64,000 nt of DNA from Felis catus (taxonomy: Eukaryota). The translations under genes and the position numbers were made by a program. This document shows positions 49,006 to 62,659 of the stretch, in pieces (within the stretch, counting starts at the first letter, position 1; each line of letters begins with the position of its first letter). The stretch spans positions 52,330,001-52,394,000 of the forward strand of contig NC_058382.1 in the NCBI RefSeq assembly GCF_018350175.1. The letters run 5' to 3'. The notes below the pieces were generated by a model. That model searched no databases, had not been told where the DNA came from, and saw only the letters and a program-made list of their open reading frames with translations.

Positions 49006-50019
49006 CCTGGGCGTGTTATCCATAAGCCTGAGGATACCACAGTATCCTTTCATGGTGTATCTTGATGACATCAGGGAAGTGGCTTGAAATGTTTTGCATT
49101 CAAAACAAATCCTTACTAGCAAAGCAGGCAGCCCTGGAAGGTGGGGGGACCAGGGTTCTTGGGTGACTCAGCACCTGCCACATGACCTTGAACTGTTGAT
49201 GGCTCGTCTTCTCAGGTGACAAGGGAATGCAGTGACAGTTCCTGTCCTGGGCCTCCCTGCCTCTAGAGATAGCAAGAGGTAAAAGGAGTTGCTTGCTGAG
49301 AAAGGAAGGTGCCGCTTGCCTCGATTACTGCGAGGCGTCAGTATTGTTTCTATGATTAATGAGTCCGCGTTTCAGACTTTCCCATTTAATGTGTTGGAGC
49401 CTCCTGACAACATCGCCTTTCATGTGTTGCTGACCGTTTGTGAGATTTATGAGGCCCACCTCACAAGCGATGTGTGTCTGGATTAAGGGAACCCGAGAAT
49501 CACTATTTATGTCTGACCCGAAGAAATTCCCTTTAAGCCGCTTATCAGAGGTGCATGCTGAGAGCATGATGGGAAGATGGAGTCTTGAGTCCCCCAGCAA
49601 AATCTGGAATCTGCTCTCGTTCCATTTTAACTCAAGCGACAATAAGCTAACAGACCCGTAGGTCCACCTGTAAGTATCTGCTGACGGTTCCACTCTTGTA
49701 AACTTAGCTTGAAAAGTACATATGCTGCAGTTCTGTTTGTTTTTCTCCAATACTCCAGTTCTTCAGTGGGAAATTGAAATCTAATCCCTTATTGTGAAAA
49801 CAAAACAAAGCACAAAAAAAACACAACTTTGACCAAGGTGGTTTAGACAAACTAAATAGTCCTTTAATTTGGCACAGTGACTATTTTTTATTTAAAACAA
49901 CATCATTGTCCCATATTCTTTGCATTTGCATTTGCAAAACTAAAAGAAAACGTCCACATCATTAAAAATGAGGTCTCCCTGAAAAATACTCAGGAGGCAC
50001 AACCGCTTACAAATGTTTG

Positions 50020-50047
50020 TGCATTATTTCGCCACCAGGGGGCATTG
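50020..50047 (+). promoter_or_regulatory. CTCF site (core plus upstream module)
   Basis: TGCATTATTTC-GCCACCAGGGGGCATTG; core fits CCASYAGRKGGCR. Confidence 0.7.
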
Positions 50048-53000
50048 TGGCTTGACTGTCCATTTAAACGGCTTGCATTCTATCAGTTTACCCAGAAAAT
50101 AGAAGGCCCGGACGTCTTTCTGATTCCTTCCAGGAAGAAATCATATCTGGAAGAGAACAGATGTCGATTCTTTTTCCTCACTAGCAAACAGTAGTGTTGT
50201 CAAATTTGCTAAACTTAGCCAGTTGAAGATTAACATGCAATATATAATATGCATGTGCCTAACTGTACAATAAATAGTAAACCACATTTTTATGCTTTCT
50301 CTGAACTTGGAGGCTGCAAGTTATTTTTTTTTTTTTAATTCCCTGGGTGTGATGAAATAAATAACATTCAAATACATTTTAAAGATGTCAGTCAGGAAAA
50401 AAAAGTGCTTGGCAACTGTGTTTGATAGATTTCTTTTATGATTAATTCCCCTATTAAGTTTTAATGACTTTAAAGATATAAAGCGAGAAACCACAAAACT
50501 AGGCATGGTTAATAAATAACTGAAATACCAGGTGTATAGAAATGCATCTGTGGAAAAATGAAATCATATATTCTCTAGGATGTATTAGGAAACAGCTCTT
50601 TGGCAAGTCTAGAGAATAAAGTCTCCCTGAAGGGGGGGGGGTGCGTTTAAGAACAGTGAACTGAAGAAGATTGTTTTTCTTAAAGGAAGTCCTATGAGAA
50701 AAGTACTCTCGAAGATTCACATACGTAAATTAAATTATTTTATGAACCAATAGTTATCAGCAAGGTGGTGGTTCTCTGAGAATGCATCCCTCTGTGTCGG
50801 ATTTTTAAGACTCTTTGTATAGATTTTCAAATCCTGTTCCCGGTTTCTTCTCACAGTTTTTTTGTTTTTTGTTTTTCCCCCGGACTCATACGGCATGGGG
50901 AATGTGGTGTGGCCTTGTTGTTTTCTAAACACTCCAAGCACTGGCTGCTCCCCGAAGTGGGGGCAGTGGTGACAGTGGTTTAGCAATACCGTCTTTTCTT
51001 TTTCCCTTCCGCGCCCAGAGTTTATGCAATACGACTCAGTTCCTCCTCGGAACATCTCTGTGAACCGGGGAGGCTGGAAGAATTAATTCCAGTTTGCAGA
51101 GTGCAGAAGTGAGGCTGGTCCGAAGCATGCAGGCTTGCGCTGTGTGCATGGAACCTTCCCCCTCAGAGGGGCTGGACGTTCCCACTCGGGGCCCTCTGTG
51201 GCGGGCACAGCTGGTTTATTTACTTCCTAGAACATCTCAACTCCAGCGCTTAAGCTGAGCAGTTTGGAAACCAAACACACTTTCATTACTATGAATAATG
51301 GCCGGGAAGATTTGCAGGGCCCCCCGAAGAATGTGTACATGGTATGTGGTTTTGTATATGCTTGTGTGTATGTTTTTGTGCCCGAAAGGAGATAAATGGC
51401 GTATTGTATACAGTTCCTTCTCCTCACTCAGGACTGTTGTTGTTGCTGAATTTTTCTGAGCCCCCAAAGCACAATAGGTACCGTTTGGAACCCTCCCACC
51501 AGGCAGCCCCGCCCCCCCTCCCCCCCCCCTTAGATCTTCTCTTCAAAGCTAAAGATCTTTGAAATCCACAGAACTTACTTTTGAAAGCTTTTGGCCCATC
51601 CCAAATGAATCCTGAGCCCCAGCCTGGAGTGAGAAAACAGGGAATATTGTTCTTTTCTGTTTATATTATTTCATACTGAGTTAACACACTTGCCAAGAGT
51701 CCGAGGCAGCTCCTGGCTTGACAATGCCTTATTTAACTAGCCTAGTTTCTAGAATAAAGCCAGGGTCCCCCAGGCCCTCTCAGCAGTGCTCAGGTCACTT
51801 CTGAGCTGGAAGAGACCAAAGCAAATAAAGCAAATCTGTTTCCCCATGAAAATCATCTTACTTTTTTAAGGGGCAGGACACAGATTTGGCCTACGCAGCC
51901 AGAGAGCCTGGTCCAGTGCCGGATACCCAGGTCCTCCCGGGTTTCGGAGACTTGGAACGCTTGGCTGCAGAGCTCGGTGACCTGCCTTTTGGGGCCGAGC
52001 AGCTTCACCAACAAATAAGGCTTTCTGCTTGCTCCAAACTCGGGAAGTTGCTGGAAAGTCTGGTTAGCAAATCCCTCGCTCCCAGTCCTGGCCGTATCTC
52101 GGGGTGCTTGCTAGCACACGGAGCACGTAGGCTCGAGGCTGGAAGAAACCCCAAGCGTTTGGCCAGGAAGAGGCAGCTAGTTCCAGCTGGCCCAAGCTCT
52201 GTGCTTTAAAAATTACCCAGATGAACTGATTTTGTATAGAGAGTGGGTGGAGAGGGCTCCGGGGCCACGGAGGAAGATTCGGCCTTTCTCTCCCTAATCG
52301 TGAGCAATGTGATTTGGAGGGAGAAGCGGGGGGTTGGCTCAGCAACCCACATTTCCTTGGCTGAGCTCCAGAGGAGAGGAATGATCCAGAGGGAGGGCAC
52401 ACTGCGTCCGGTCAGACCCCGCTACACTGCTGGGCCTTCTGCTGGCTCTTGGAAGCAGCTCTGTGCCCAAAAGATGGTCACTTGGCCCAACGGTGGCTGC
52501 CCAGAGAGAGAGAGGCAACAGGCCTCAAGTTCTGGAGGCGTGGCTGCTGTGAAAAAGCTCCTTTGGAGACAGGAGGCCACCCTCCAATCATAACTTGGCC
52601 TCCCCACTCTCCCTGTAGACGGACGGGCCGTGTTGTCCTGGCCCCGAGCCCAAACGCGTTCTTGGCACATGCCGACATCCTGTATCGCTTTTGCCTCAGA
52701 AGCGGATCTGGTCGGTGACTTAACCCCTCCTTGAAATGAAGAGTAGCTTGTGTATGCTTCTATCCTTCTCTTTCAACCCGAGGAAAGAGAAGAGACCATG
52801 GAAAGGGAAAGAGAGTCTGAGCATCCTTCCTTTATCCCCTCCTCCCCCAGAAGGTACAGCGAGAATCTCCCAACACGCGTCCACCCACCAAAAGGTTTAG
52901 GGGCCAGGGGGAGAGCCTGTGTGCCTTTCCTGCACATGCCTCATGCCGGGACCCGGCGAAACCGGCCTGGTGGAAAGGCCACTAGATGTCTGCCCTTGCT

Positions 53001-54534
53001 CGAGGTTCTGTGTTGGTTAATATTACCTCCCCAGGGCCTGTTTTATGCTAAGCCCCACTTCTTTTAGGTCCTTCCACTCTGTGCTGTTTCTGTAAACACT
53101 GGAGAAGCGAGATCTTTCTAGCAAGGGCAACATTGGCTCGGGATAAAGTGATCGACGTTGGTAGTGTTTTTATATCCAACCAACAGAGAGCAAAAGAAAG
53201 AAAAGAGTCAGAACCAGCATACATGGACCATGGACGAGAGAGAACACGAGTGATTTCTCTGTATCAACTCTCTTTTTAAAGACAAGATTAATGGCCACAC
53301 ATAAATACAAATATAAATAAATATATAAAGCCAAGCACCATAGACTCCACGTTCAAAATGTAAACCATGCCTTGGAAGCATTGATGTTCATTTTAAGCAA
53401 CTGACACTCAGGGAGAAGAAATAAAAAAAGGGAAGAAAAGGAAACAAACAAACCGTGTTACTGACAAGTGATAGGATATTCTGTTTTACATCTTGCAGGT
53501 ATTTTACAGCCCCAGCATTTCTAGGGAACGCTTTGGAATACTTCTGGTCCGGTTTGTCCATAAAAAGCCGTCTGTGTTCTTATGTTTTGAAAATACATGC
53601 GGACAAGCCCCGAGCATGTCGTATTAGGGATCTTTGCCTCGAGGAAGAGGCACAGGACATCAATGTCCCCCACGTCCGCCACCCTCACCCCCCTGGAGCC
53701 CTTGGAGAAATGTCCTGGTGCCGCTTGTAGCCAAATCAGCATTGCCCTTCGTGATCTACGTGCACTACCGTTTGGGGCACGTTTGAATGATAATGCTGTA
53801 GGGGAAACACCGTCTGGCTGTGCTGTCGGCTGCTGATGCCACTCCCAGGTGCCCAGGAAGCTGAGCTGCCCCCGCCACTTGTCCCAGAGCCTCACCTCGC
53901 CTAATAAGGCGTGGGGGGCCCTCTGAGCTCTCACCTGTTCGGACAAAACAAGACGACCCAGCCCTGGAACTTGGACACAGCAAAGTGCTCCCAGGACCAG
54001 GGTTGGCCAACTCTGCCCCGACATCAGGGTGTCTTGTCTGTTGTGGCAGGCTCTGTGCCCGCCCTGGTGTTTATGTCCCGCATCCGTTTTTGCCTCAGAA
54101 GCAACAACAAGACTCAGATCATAATAACGTGGCTCATCTCCCATAAGTCCTGGAAAGCTGGCCACGGCCTCCGTGTCATGGGAACAGCAGACAAGCCGGC
54201 GGTCCCGGTGGAGGTGGGGAGAAAGCAGAGCGTGGATGCTGCTGCTGCGGCTGCCAGGGACCTCTCTCGGCAGGGCTGGTGTCGGTGCTGCTGTTCTCCC
54301 GTCAGAAGGGGCCCGTGCCCTTCCCACCGTCTCCTTTGTCTCTGTCAAGCCCACCCGGTCTCCGGGAACGCAGCTATTTAATTATCGGCTGCCGTTACCT
54401 CTCCGTCACGGATCTCCCGACTGTGTTCACGAGTTTCTCCCTGTCGAAGAGAACAATAAGCGGCTTTTGTCAGCACGATCTCTCCCGAAAGGGTGTGCGT
54501 GCGTCTGTGTGCCTGCACGAAGCGGGCACCATTT

Positions 54535-55460
54535 CCGGCGTGCACTGGAGCCCTCCCCTCACGTCGACCCAGGACCCCACGGACTCCCGGAACTGGCAGA
54601 GATTGCGTGACCCGCTCGTTAAACGTGGACACTGTTAAACCTCGAATTGTGTAAACGTACCGTTGAAGAAATTACATTCCAAACCAAGTTATTAAATACT
54701 CAAAGCTCAATACTTCCTGGTCGTTTTACCACCTTTGACTTTAACTGCCTGTGCTCTTGAGGTCAACTGAGATCTGTTTGTCTCCGTATGGCAGGAACAC
54801 TCTAGAATGGAACGCGCCCGCTCGACTCTCCACAGCCCTGCGTTCAGCGACTTCCTCCGGGGAGCCTGAAAGCGGCTGTGGTCGGGAGCATTTACACCAC
54901 GGAAATTGGCAAAAACTACAAATCAAGGCTTCAGGCGTTTTGTTGAGATCATCTTGGCTTGACAAAGTAATCGCAACGTTCATAATGCATTTCACATTTA
55001 AGTACTGTGTCTGTAATCGTTATGTTATGAATGTTATTTTTTAAGTGAGGATGTATTCCTTCCGTATATCGAAAAACCTGTTATCTAATTCAGCAAAGAA
55101 GTTGCTGATGCCCCTGAAGAATGAATAAAGTTCCAAGGTACGTCTCTCTTGATTGTTTCCCTTTCGTCTTACCAGCTAACTGAAAAATATCAACCGATAT
55201 TTATATCAGACATCACTTACTCATCACCTGCAACTTGCCTGTGGATTCAAGAGTTCGGCAAAAATCAATGAAAGCACTGGGTGAGAATCAATTGGGTCCG
55301 TGGCCTTTGTAATAAAGAATATTGTGTATTTTTACTTGCAAATTCCGCTCCAGCATCCTTCCTTTCTATCGGCAGGCTTTATGATAAACGAACGCGTGTG
55401 TGCTTACACATGCGTGCTTTCGTTTTTGGAGCTGTTGAGCATTTACCAGAATACTGGCTC
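54535..55460 (+). mobile_element. Near full-length MER63 (C/D-like) hAT-Blackjack element
   Basis: taaatactcaaagctca...tgctcttgaggt...gggagcatttacaccacggaaattggcaaa...ttcagcaaagaagt...agagttcggcaaaaatcaatgaaagca...gtgagaatcaattgg...catttaccag. Confidence 0.85.
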
Positions 55461-58400
55461 ACTTAGGTCGGCCGCTCACTTCTGGAAGTGTGTGAGGAGT
55501 CGTTGAAATGGCACACGCACACCTGCCCGCCCCGGTGCCTGGCCCAGAGCCGCCCAGCCGGCAGTGGCCACGGGCTGTCATCCATCCCTGTCACCGTCGG
55601 GGGGAGCAGGACGGTATGTGCTGATACCGGACTCCCCCCCTGCATCGTGGGCTGCCCTATGCGCCTGGTTAAAGCTGCACGTCTGTAGTCCCAGGATGTT
55701 AATTTTCAGAGCGTAAAAATATTCCACGGCTAGCAAACTGTGGGTCCTCCCCTTTATTTTGATATTTATGGCTCTTCCCACAGCTCGTTCAGAAGTCGGG
55801 CAGAGGCGGGGGATGGGTGTCCCGAATGTGGAGGTGGCTGGTCACCCCACCCCCGCCCCCAAACACAAGCCTCGTCTCCAGATACAATCCGGGGCTTCGT
55901 CTGTTCCCTGAAGTGAAGCCTTTCAGCAGTTTACAGGGACGGCTTCTGCTCACACTCCCTGACTTTTCAACAAAGATTTGAAACCTTCGGAGAGCTCCGA
56001 AATGATGCGCACCAGAAATAGCCCCCCGGGCACAGACAGGGAAGGAGAAGACTTGTGGCTGTGCTGTGGGGAAGGACCCAGGGACCTTGCAGAGCTCAAA
56101 GGACACGGCAGGCACGTCGAACTTGAAGGTCGTTTGTCCTCGCGAGAGCCAGGCGTTGTATCTCCCAGGCCTGTGGCCTAAGAAGTGCCCTGGTCCGGTG
56201 AAGGGGATGGCCTCAGGGTGATCACAGTCCTCTCTGCTTACACACCCTCATGTATTTCTTGTTATTCTAGTTGAGTACTGCATTCAGACAGAGGTTGCCA
56301 ATAAAGTTTATTGTAGGAGCAAAGTGTCAATATCTGTAGTACCCCCCGCCGAGGGTGCTTGTAATTAAAATGCCACAGATAGTCCGGGAGAGGCATGAAA
56401 ATTTGATGGCAAATTGATTTCAGGTTCATCTTGAAATTTGTCCTCAGCTGGACTCGATACTTCTGGCAGACGTGGGATGGCTTTTGTCAGGAGGGTCTGC
56501 TAGGATGAGACAGAAATGTCTTGATCTGAATATTAAATACAGCATGCTGTTTATGACAGATTATTCGTTTCGTGCTAAAACACAGGGCTCCTTCTCCTGA
56601 CACATTCTTCTCCATTGAATGTGTAAGATGGGATTGCATAGATCCACTTTGCATATGAAAAGAAGTTGCATGAAAATTTGCCCGGCGCAAGAAATAAAAG
56701 AGTTTTAGGAACACTGGCTTCGAACGCAGGGTATTCTCTCCAATATTCTAAACTTAGAAATGCTCCTTGCATCTAATTTAAGAAAGCTAGAAAAAGAATG
56801 GCGATCAAGATAGTGTAATCAACTATCACGGCCTTAGAGTGTTTCCTCAGAATAGCCTGTTACAGAAAAGGGGGAAGAAGCCATATACGTGAAAAAAAAA
56901 AAAAAATCCCAACATTTAATAAAATAAATTGCTGGTTCCTGTAAACTTGCATTTATGCATCACATTAGAAAAGCCGTTGTCCTTAGGTATTGTTCATGCA
57001 GAAATGCACTGTGATGATAATATAATTTTAAAGGTATATCCGTTCTCGGAATTCAATTTGGAAAAGGGTTGAGGGAAGAATAACGTGGAGTTTTTGAATG
57101 TCTTCAATTTCAAAAAATGTGTTGTTCAGTTGAATTAAATCTGTTCAGGAAAACCCATTTTACAATCTGGAACTATTTATTTGGCAATTAACCGTATTAA
57201 CGTTCGAATCCGAAGCGTGCTTAGAAATGGGGTTTAAAAAAGCAGCACTCAGACGGAGCGCGTTCATTCCTTCACACAGCAAACGCGTGCGGAGTCCCTG
57301 CGATGTGCAAAGCGAGGCTGGGTGGCCAGAGATTTCTAGGTGGGACTTCTGTGAGAACCCCCGCCCCCCCCCCCATTTCAGGCCATCACGCCACAACCGC
57401 ATCCGTGGCAGACGATTAATTTTTGAAACATCGAATTAGCCACGTGAAAATCTGCTCCAGCTGACTTCAAAATTAGCAAAGGAGGTTTTGTGTCATTCCT
57501 TTGGAAGCACAATTTTGAAATGGAACCAGCAACAGTTCCATCTACCTCCTGATGCAGCGGTCTGTTTGGAATCACTTGCTGGAGGGGTCTAGACCTACAT
57601 CTTTCTCTGTGTTACAACTCAGGCAGTCATAAGTACTCAGGCCCATCAGCAAAAAAGAGCCCAGCATATGTTCTCAGGTCATCAAAGTCGCTCCTTTGCA
57701 CATTCAGGAGATATTTATGGATCTTTTATTAGGACAGTTTTTATGGCCCAAGATTAAAAGTTAAAGTTAAATAATAAAAGTAATGAAGATGTGCCTTTGG
57801 AGGCTTCACCTAGTTTGTGTTTTCACCCGTTTGTCAAGGCCCATTGAATTTTGATGGTAGCATTAAAGACAAAAAAACAAAAAACCAAAAGGATGCCCCG
57901 ATTCATTTTTGGAAGGAGACAGGGTATGAATGAACAAGTTAATAAAATGACTTACACTCCAGAGATGCTAATTTATATCTTCTCTGTGAGTATAGGAGAC
58001 CGTTCTCTTCCAACGTGGCTCCTTTAACATTCTCAAGAAATACTGTGGGTAACGTGTGATAAAAGATTTAATTGTTTGGTCCTAGCACCTAAATGTCAAG
58101 ATAGAGCATCTTCAGACCTAATCGGTATGTTTCCGAGAGAAGCAATCGGTAGAAAATAATGCTTCTTGGGGCTCATCCAAGAGTCTGTTTTAGATTCTCA
58201 AATATATCTTATTGTGAGGTTGTTCCTTTTGGACGGAGACCTTGGTTCAAATTCAAAGTGAAGTTTCCCTGTAGGGTGAATCAATGATCCAGTGGAGGCA
58301 GTAAAATAGTACAGCCTGACCTTGCACTTGGGTTGTCTATTAATTACACTGACATTTATAATACCGAGAGAGAGTGAAAAAAGAAGCGTTCTGTGGTCAA

Positions 58401-58778
58401 AACTATGTCACGGATGCAGTACTTATCAGAGCCTTTTAAATGCAAATGTGTTTTCTACCTCTCTAAGAAGGGGAAAGAATGATAGTATTTTCCAAACTTA
58501 TATCTCCATCGTTTGTCACCCACCCCCACCCTTTTTTTTTTTATTTTATATTTTACGGGACAGCCTTAAATGGAACATCCAGGGGATAGATGAATATTGT
58601 TTTCCAAACATCTTACCACTCAGCTTCCACTTTTTTCCCCCATATGATCATTCTGTGGGACCAGCCGACTTTGGAACATCCACTGGAAAACTTGCTTTCA
58701 GCACAGGACTCTGTTGCTGGTCCCCGTTCACACCACATTATCAAGATGAATCATATGGCACATTTTTCTCCATGTAAA

Positions 58779-58781
<3 letters not shown>

Positions 58782-58820
<39 letters not shown>
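58782..58820. repeat. (TG)n microsatellite
   Basis: Direct reading. Confidence 0.97.
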
Positions 58821-58822
<2 letters not shown>

Positions 58823-59483
58823 TTTTAATTCTGTTAATGGAATGACTGACAGTCCCCCATTCCATAACATCACTACAGCATTTAGCAAGACTCTTCTCTA
58901 TTTACAGGTATCAGACAAAAAGAGTCCTTTTCACAAATAGCAATCCAGTCTATATTGTAGAGCATTCTAAAAGGAACTGGTTATGGTGTCTTTACTACCG
59001 CACTTGCTTTGACTTTGTTCTTTAGTAATTAGATAATTACGTATAATTAGCACATTAATTATGTGCAACAGCTGCCGTTGAGTGTGTGCGTGTACAACTG
59101 CTTGGAAACAGCTTGTGAGTTCACTCTCAGACCTGAGAAATGTTTCTTCTTGGCGTGTTTTCACTAATTTCCTTTTTCCATGTGTGGAGGCAAAGAGCAG
59201 TGCAGGGAACTAAAAAGTAACAAGGATTGTTAGATATTATTAAGTGGAACGAGTGATTTAAAAAACAACAGGCCCAGGATAATTTCCTTGTTATATAAAA
59301 ATATGGGCATAGAAAATGGATTTACATAAATAACGTTACTGTAAGTTTGCTGCCTGCCTCCCTTTTCTCAACAGGTATTGATGAGATATCGATTATGTGC
59401 CACTCACCGTGCTGGTCCTGGAAATATAGCGCACAACAAGATGGCCATTGTGTTTGAGAATCAGAGGCAATTTTGTCATTTCC

Positions 59484-59509
59484 AAAAAAAAAAAAAAAAA
59501 AAAAAAAAA
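59484..59509. repeat. A26 homopolymer
   Basis: Direct reading. Confidence 0.95.
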
Positions 59510-60095
59510 CCTTCCTGTAGTTGACCGCTTCCTGTAATGAATTTGTCACTTTCATAATTAGAAGGAAAACCGCCTCAAATCGTGTGGGAAGTTTAAGATA
59601 ATTCCATAAAAATCGTAAGGCTAGGCACATAGTAGGAGCTCAGTAAACACATACTGAATTAAATGCAGTTATATTTACATTTGAAAGCAGCACTGGCATT
59701 AAACACCAGCTCTCTTGATATATCTGTATCCGTACCTGTATGTGTACCTGTAGATCTTCATGATTTATCTGGCCTCTCATTCATCTCGCTGGAAGTTCCC
59801 CTGGGGAGGGACGATGATCTGCACATGGCCTTTCTCCGAAGACCTCTGTTGACACCACTCAGGCTCCATCTCTGGTCAGACCCGGTAGTGTTTAGGCAAG
59901 GTGGAAGGCGTGCATGCACCCTATCACATCATGGTGTCTCCCCATCTCCCCACCCGTCTCCCTCAGCCACCTGCCTTCGCACCTGCCAGACTCCCCCATG
60001 CCTGCACATTCAGCTCTTCGGTAATAGATTCTTCCATAAAGGTGGCTTTGCAGAGGGCAAAGTATCCTCCCACAAGTAAGTCAGCACATTCACTT

Positions 60096-60150
60096 GAGAG
60101 AGAGAGACAGAGACAGAGAGAGACAGACGGAGAGAGAGAGACAGAGAGAC

Positions 60151-60192
<42 letters not shown>
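60096..60192. repeat. (GA/GACA)n repeat
   Basis: Direct reading; a (CCCT)n tract follows at about 60285-60350. Confidence 0.95.
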
Positions 60193-60194
<2 letters not shown>

Positions 60195-60354
60195 ATAAAA
60201 CACCAGTCTTGGCATCCCAGCAAGATAAAAAGACGCCTGATGGTGAACCATCTTTGCCCAGCAGGAAATTTTTGCTTTGATAGGCCTCTCTCTCTCCCTC
60301 CCTCCCTCCCTCCCTCCCTCCCTCCCTGCCCTCCAACCCCCCTCTCTCTCATTA

Positions 60355-60830
60355 ATTTTTTTTTTTACAAATTAAATAATACCATGTGCTTACCACAATC
60401 TGTGACACCGTGCAAACGAATAGCAAGAAAACAAGTTCATGCCATCGCCCTTTCTTTCTGCAGTCCTCGAGCTGTCCCCGTAGCCCACTGACCATGGCTA
60501 ACAGTCCACCAGGAGTTTCTCTGAACTCTTCTGTCCTTTCTCTGCCACCTTTCTCTGAGCTCTTCTGTCCTTAAAGGGACATCTGCTGCAAATGTAGGGA
60601 AGGTTTTCTGTTTGCCTTTACGAGAACCCTCCCCCGTATGTACCCTGCATTGCCTCTTGCTTATCTCCCTGACCAATACATCCCAGACGTCCCTCCAGGT
60701 CAGCAGATAAAGAGCTAACTCATTTCTTCTAATAGCTGCATAATATTCCATAGTGTGGATATTCTGTGATTTACTGCAGTTGGACCTCCATCTACTTTAC
60801 ATTCTCATGTTCATAGCTTTCTGGACATTT
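60355..60830 (-). mobile_element. Ancient L1 (L1ME-like) fragment
   Basis: taaagagctaactcatttcttctaatagctgcataatattccatagtgtggat; left boundary uncertain. Confidence 0.65.
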
Positions 60831-61649
60831 GGAAGCATTTGAGAAAATTGACATCATCTCTGTAAACTTACAGACTCCTGTTCCCTCGAGAACGTCCGGA
60901 TATCGAGACTGTCCTGCACACTTGACTTGTATGTGCACTCGTGTTCCCCAAACGTCGTTCTCCGTCACGTCATCTCCTCAGATTCCTCTGTGCCCCTTCC
61001 TCCGTGCCTGCAGAATATATATTTTTTTGCACAGGCAAAAGTCCAGCCGAAAGAATACTTATTTAGCATAATTTAAACATGAGGGTTTTCTAATGCCACT
61101 TCCATTTAAATAATTCAAAAATCCGTTGCAAGGTGTCTGAATACTCTGGGAAGAGAGCTGTTAATGGATATATCATCGAGGCTGAAGACGTGTTCTTCTG
61201 TCTGCAGTTGAGAAGTATGAGGAAAAGATCGAGATTAACATTGTCATTATTCGTGTTATGATATCTGAGTTCCCCGCTTGCTGCTTTCTGGAGGCATGGG
61301 TCTGATTTCTTGAGAAATAATTTCACCCCTCTTTAGGAATGGTGACTTTCAAGGGGTTTTAATTTTAACTGCATTATTTGTTTGCTTTATGTATTATTCG
61401 AAGTTATATGGGAAAAGTGTTACGTGCGTTTCTTATTTATGAAATCAGGGCAACCGTCCTTCAGATTTGAAGCAGAGATCTCAGAATATTAAAATTTTGG
61501 ACTGCATCTATAGCAACGTGAATGATTCTTCTGAAATTGACATATCAAGGAGCTTCTCATCTATTATTAAATTACCTTTTCCTCAAACAAAATATTTATC
61601 AGATGTAACGTGATACCCAAATTCCTTTACTTGCCAAACTAGAAGCTAT

Positions 61650-61650
<1 letters not shown>

Positions 61651-61698
<48 letters not shown>
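61651..61698. repeat. (AC)24 microsatellite
   Basis: Direct reading. Confidence 0.97.
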
Positions 61699-61700
<2 letters not shown>

Positions 61701-62294
61701 TCATTCTTGTATTCTTGGTTTCCTACTGTATTTTAACATTTTAAGCATCCACCGAAAAGTAATAGAATGAGCAATAGAAAATCGCCGGAATTGAAATTAT
61801 TTCCAGCTATGTTTAAATATGAATGTCTTGTTCGACTCTTAGCATATGTATTTATGGCTGTGTGATATCATTATGTCACCATAATGAATGTCTGCTGAAT
61901 TATGTGGGATTCAACGGGGGATACAAATGGATTTGAATTCTGTAACTGTCATGCTGTGGTCCAAAGAGGATGGAAACTGAAATATCCCCCTGCATTAACA
62001 CATCTGTCAAGCGTCCTCAGCACGCTCTGTGATTCTTGTCTGTTGGAAGTGGAGAAGGTTCGGCTGGAGAAGCCTGTACCCCGAGTACATGTTGTAACAG
62101 GTGTCAAAAGGCAAACACAAGTCACATTACGGTTCTGCTTAATTTGCTTTGGGTTTGCTTTACTTTGGATTAAGAACAGTGTTGTGTAGCTTCCCCCACC
62201 CCGCTTCTTGTTCTGAATGCCTAACTTTAAATGAAGTGACTAGCATACCTTATTATTTAGTCTTAATTGTATTAGTGAGTGAGCATATGTGTGC

Positions 62295-62530
62295 AGAGCG
62301 TGGAGACAGAGTGAAAAGGGAAGGAAGAGTCTGGAGTTTGAGTCCCAGTGCCTTCCTTACTAGCTGTCTGCCCTTGAACCAGGTAATTAGACTTTCCTCA
62401 GGTTGCCTGGGAACTGATAATAATAGGTACTTTCCGATATTCTTGTAAGATTCACATGCAATATACATACAGGGTCTAGAAGTGCCTGTTAAATAGGAGC
62501 TTAATATGTGATACTTGGCATTGCTGTTTC
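62295..62530 (+). mobile_element. MIR SINE
   Basis: gagtcccagtgccttccttactagctgtctgcccttgaac...taataataggtact...tagaagtgcctg...gagcttaata. Confidence 0.75.
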
Positions 62531-62659
62531 TGCTGTAGTTATTGTGATTCATGTTATCTTTATATAAAACACAGTTCCTTAGGAGTAAGTTTTCCATTTT
62601 TACACGGTAGAGACTTACCATTTTAGTATTAGTGGCACATGTTTCCTGAGCACCTAGGT

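Noticed and set aside
53521..54354. 277-aa - strand ORF and overlapping + strand ORFs
   Set aside because: GC-rich region with no recognisable homology or exon structure
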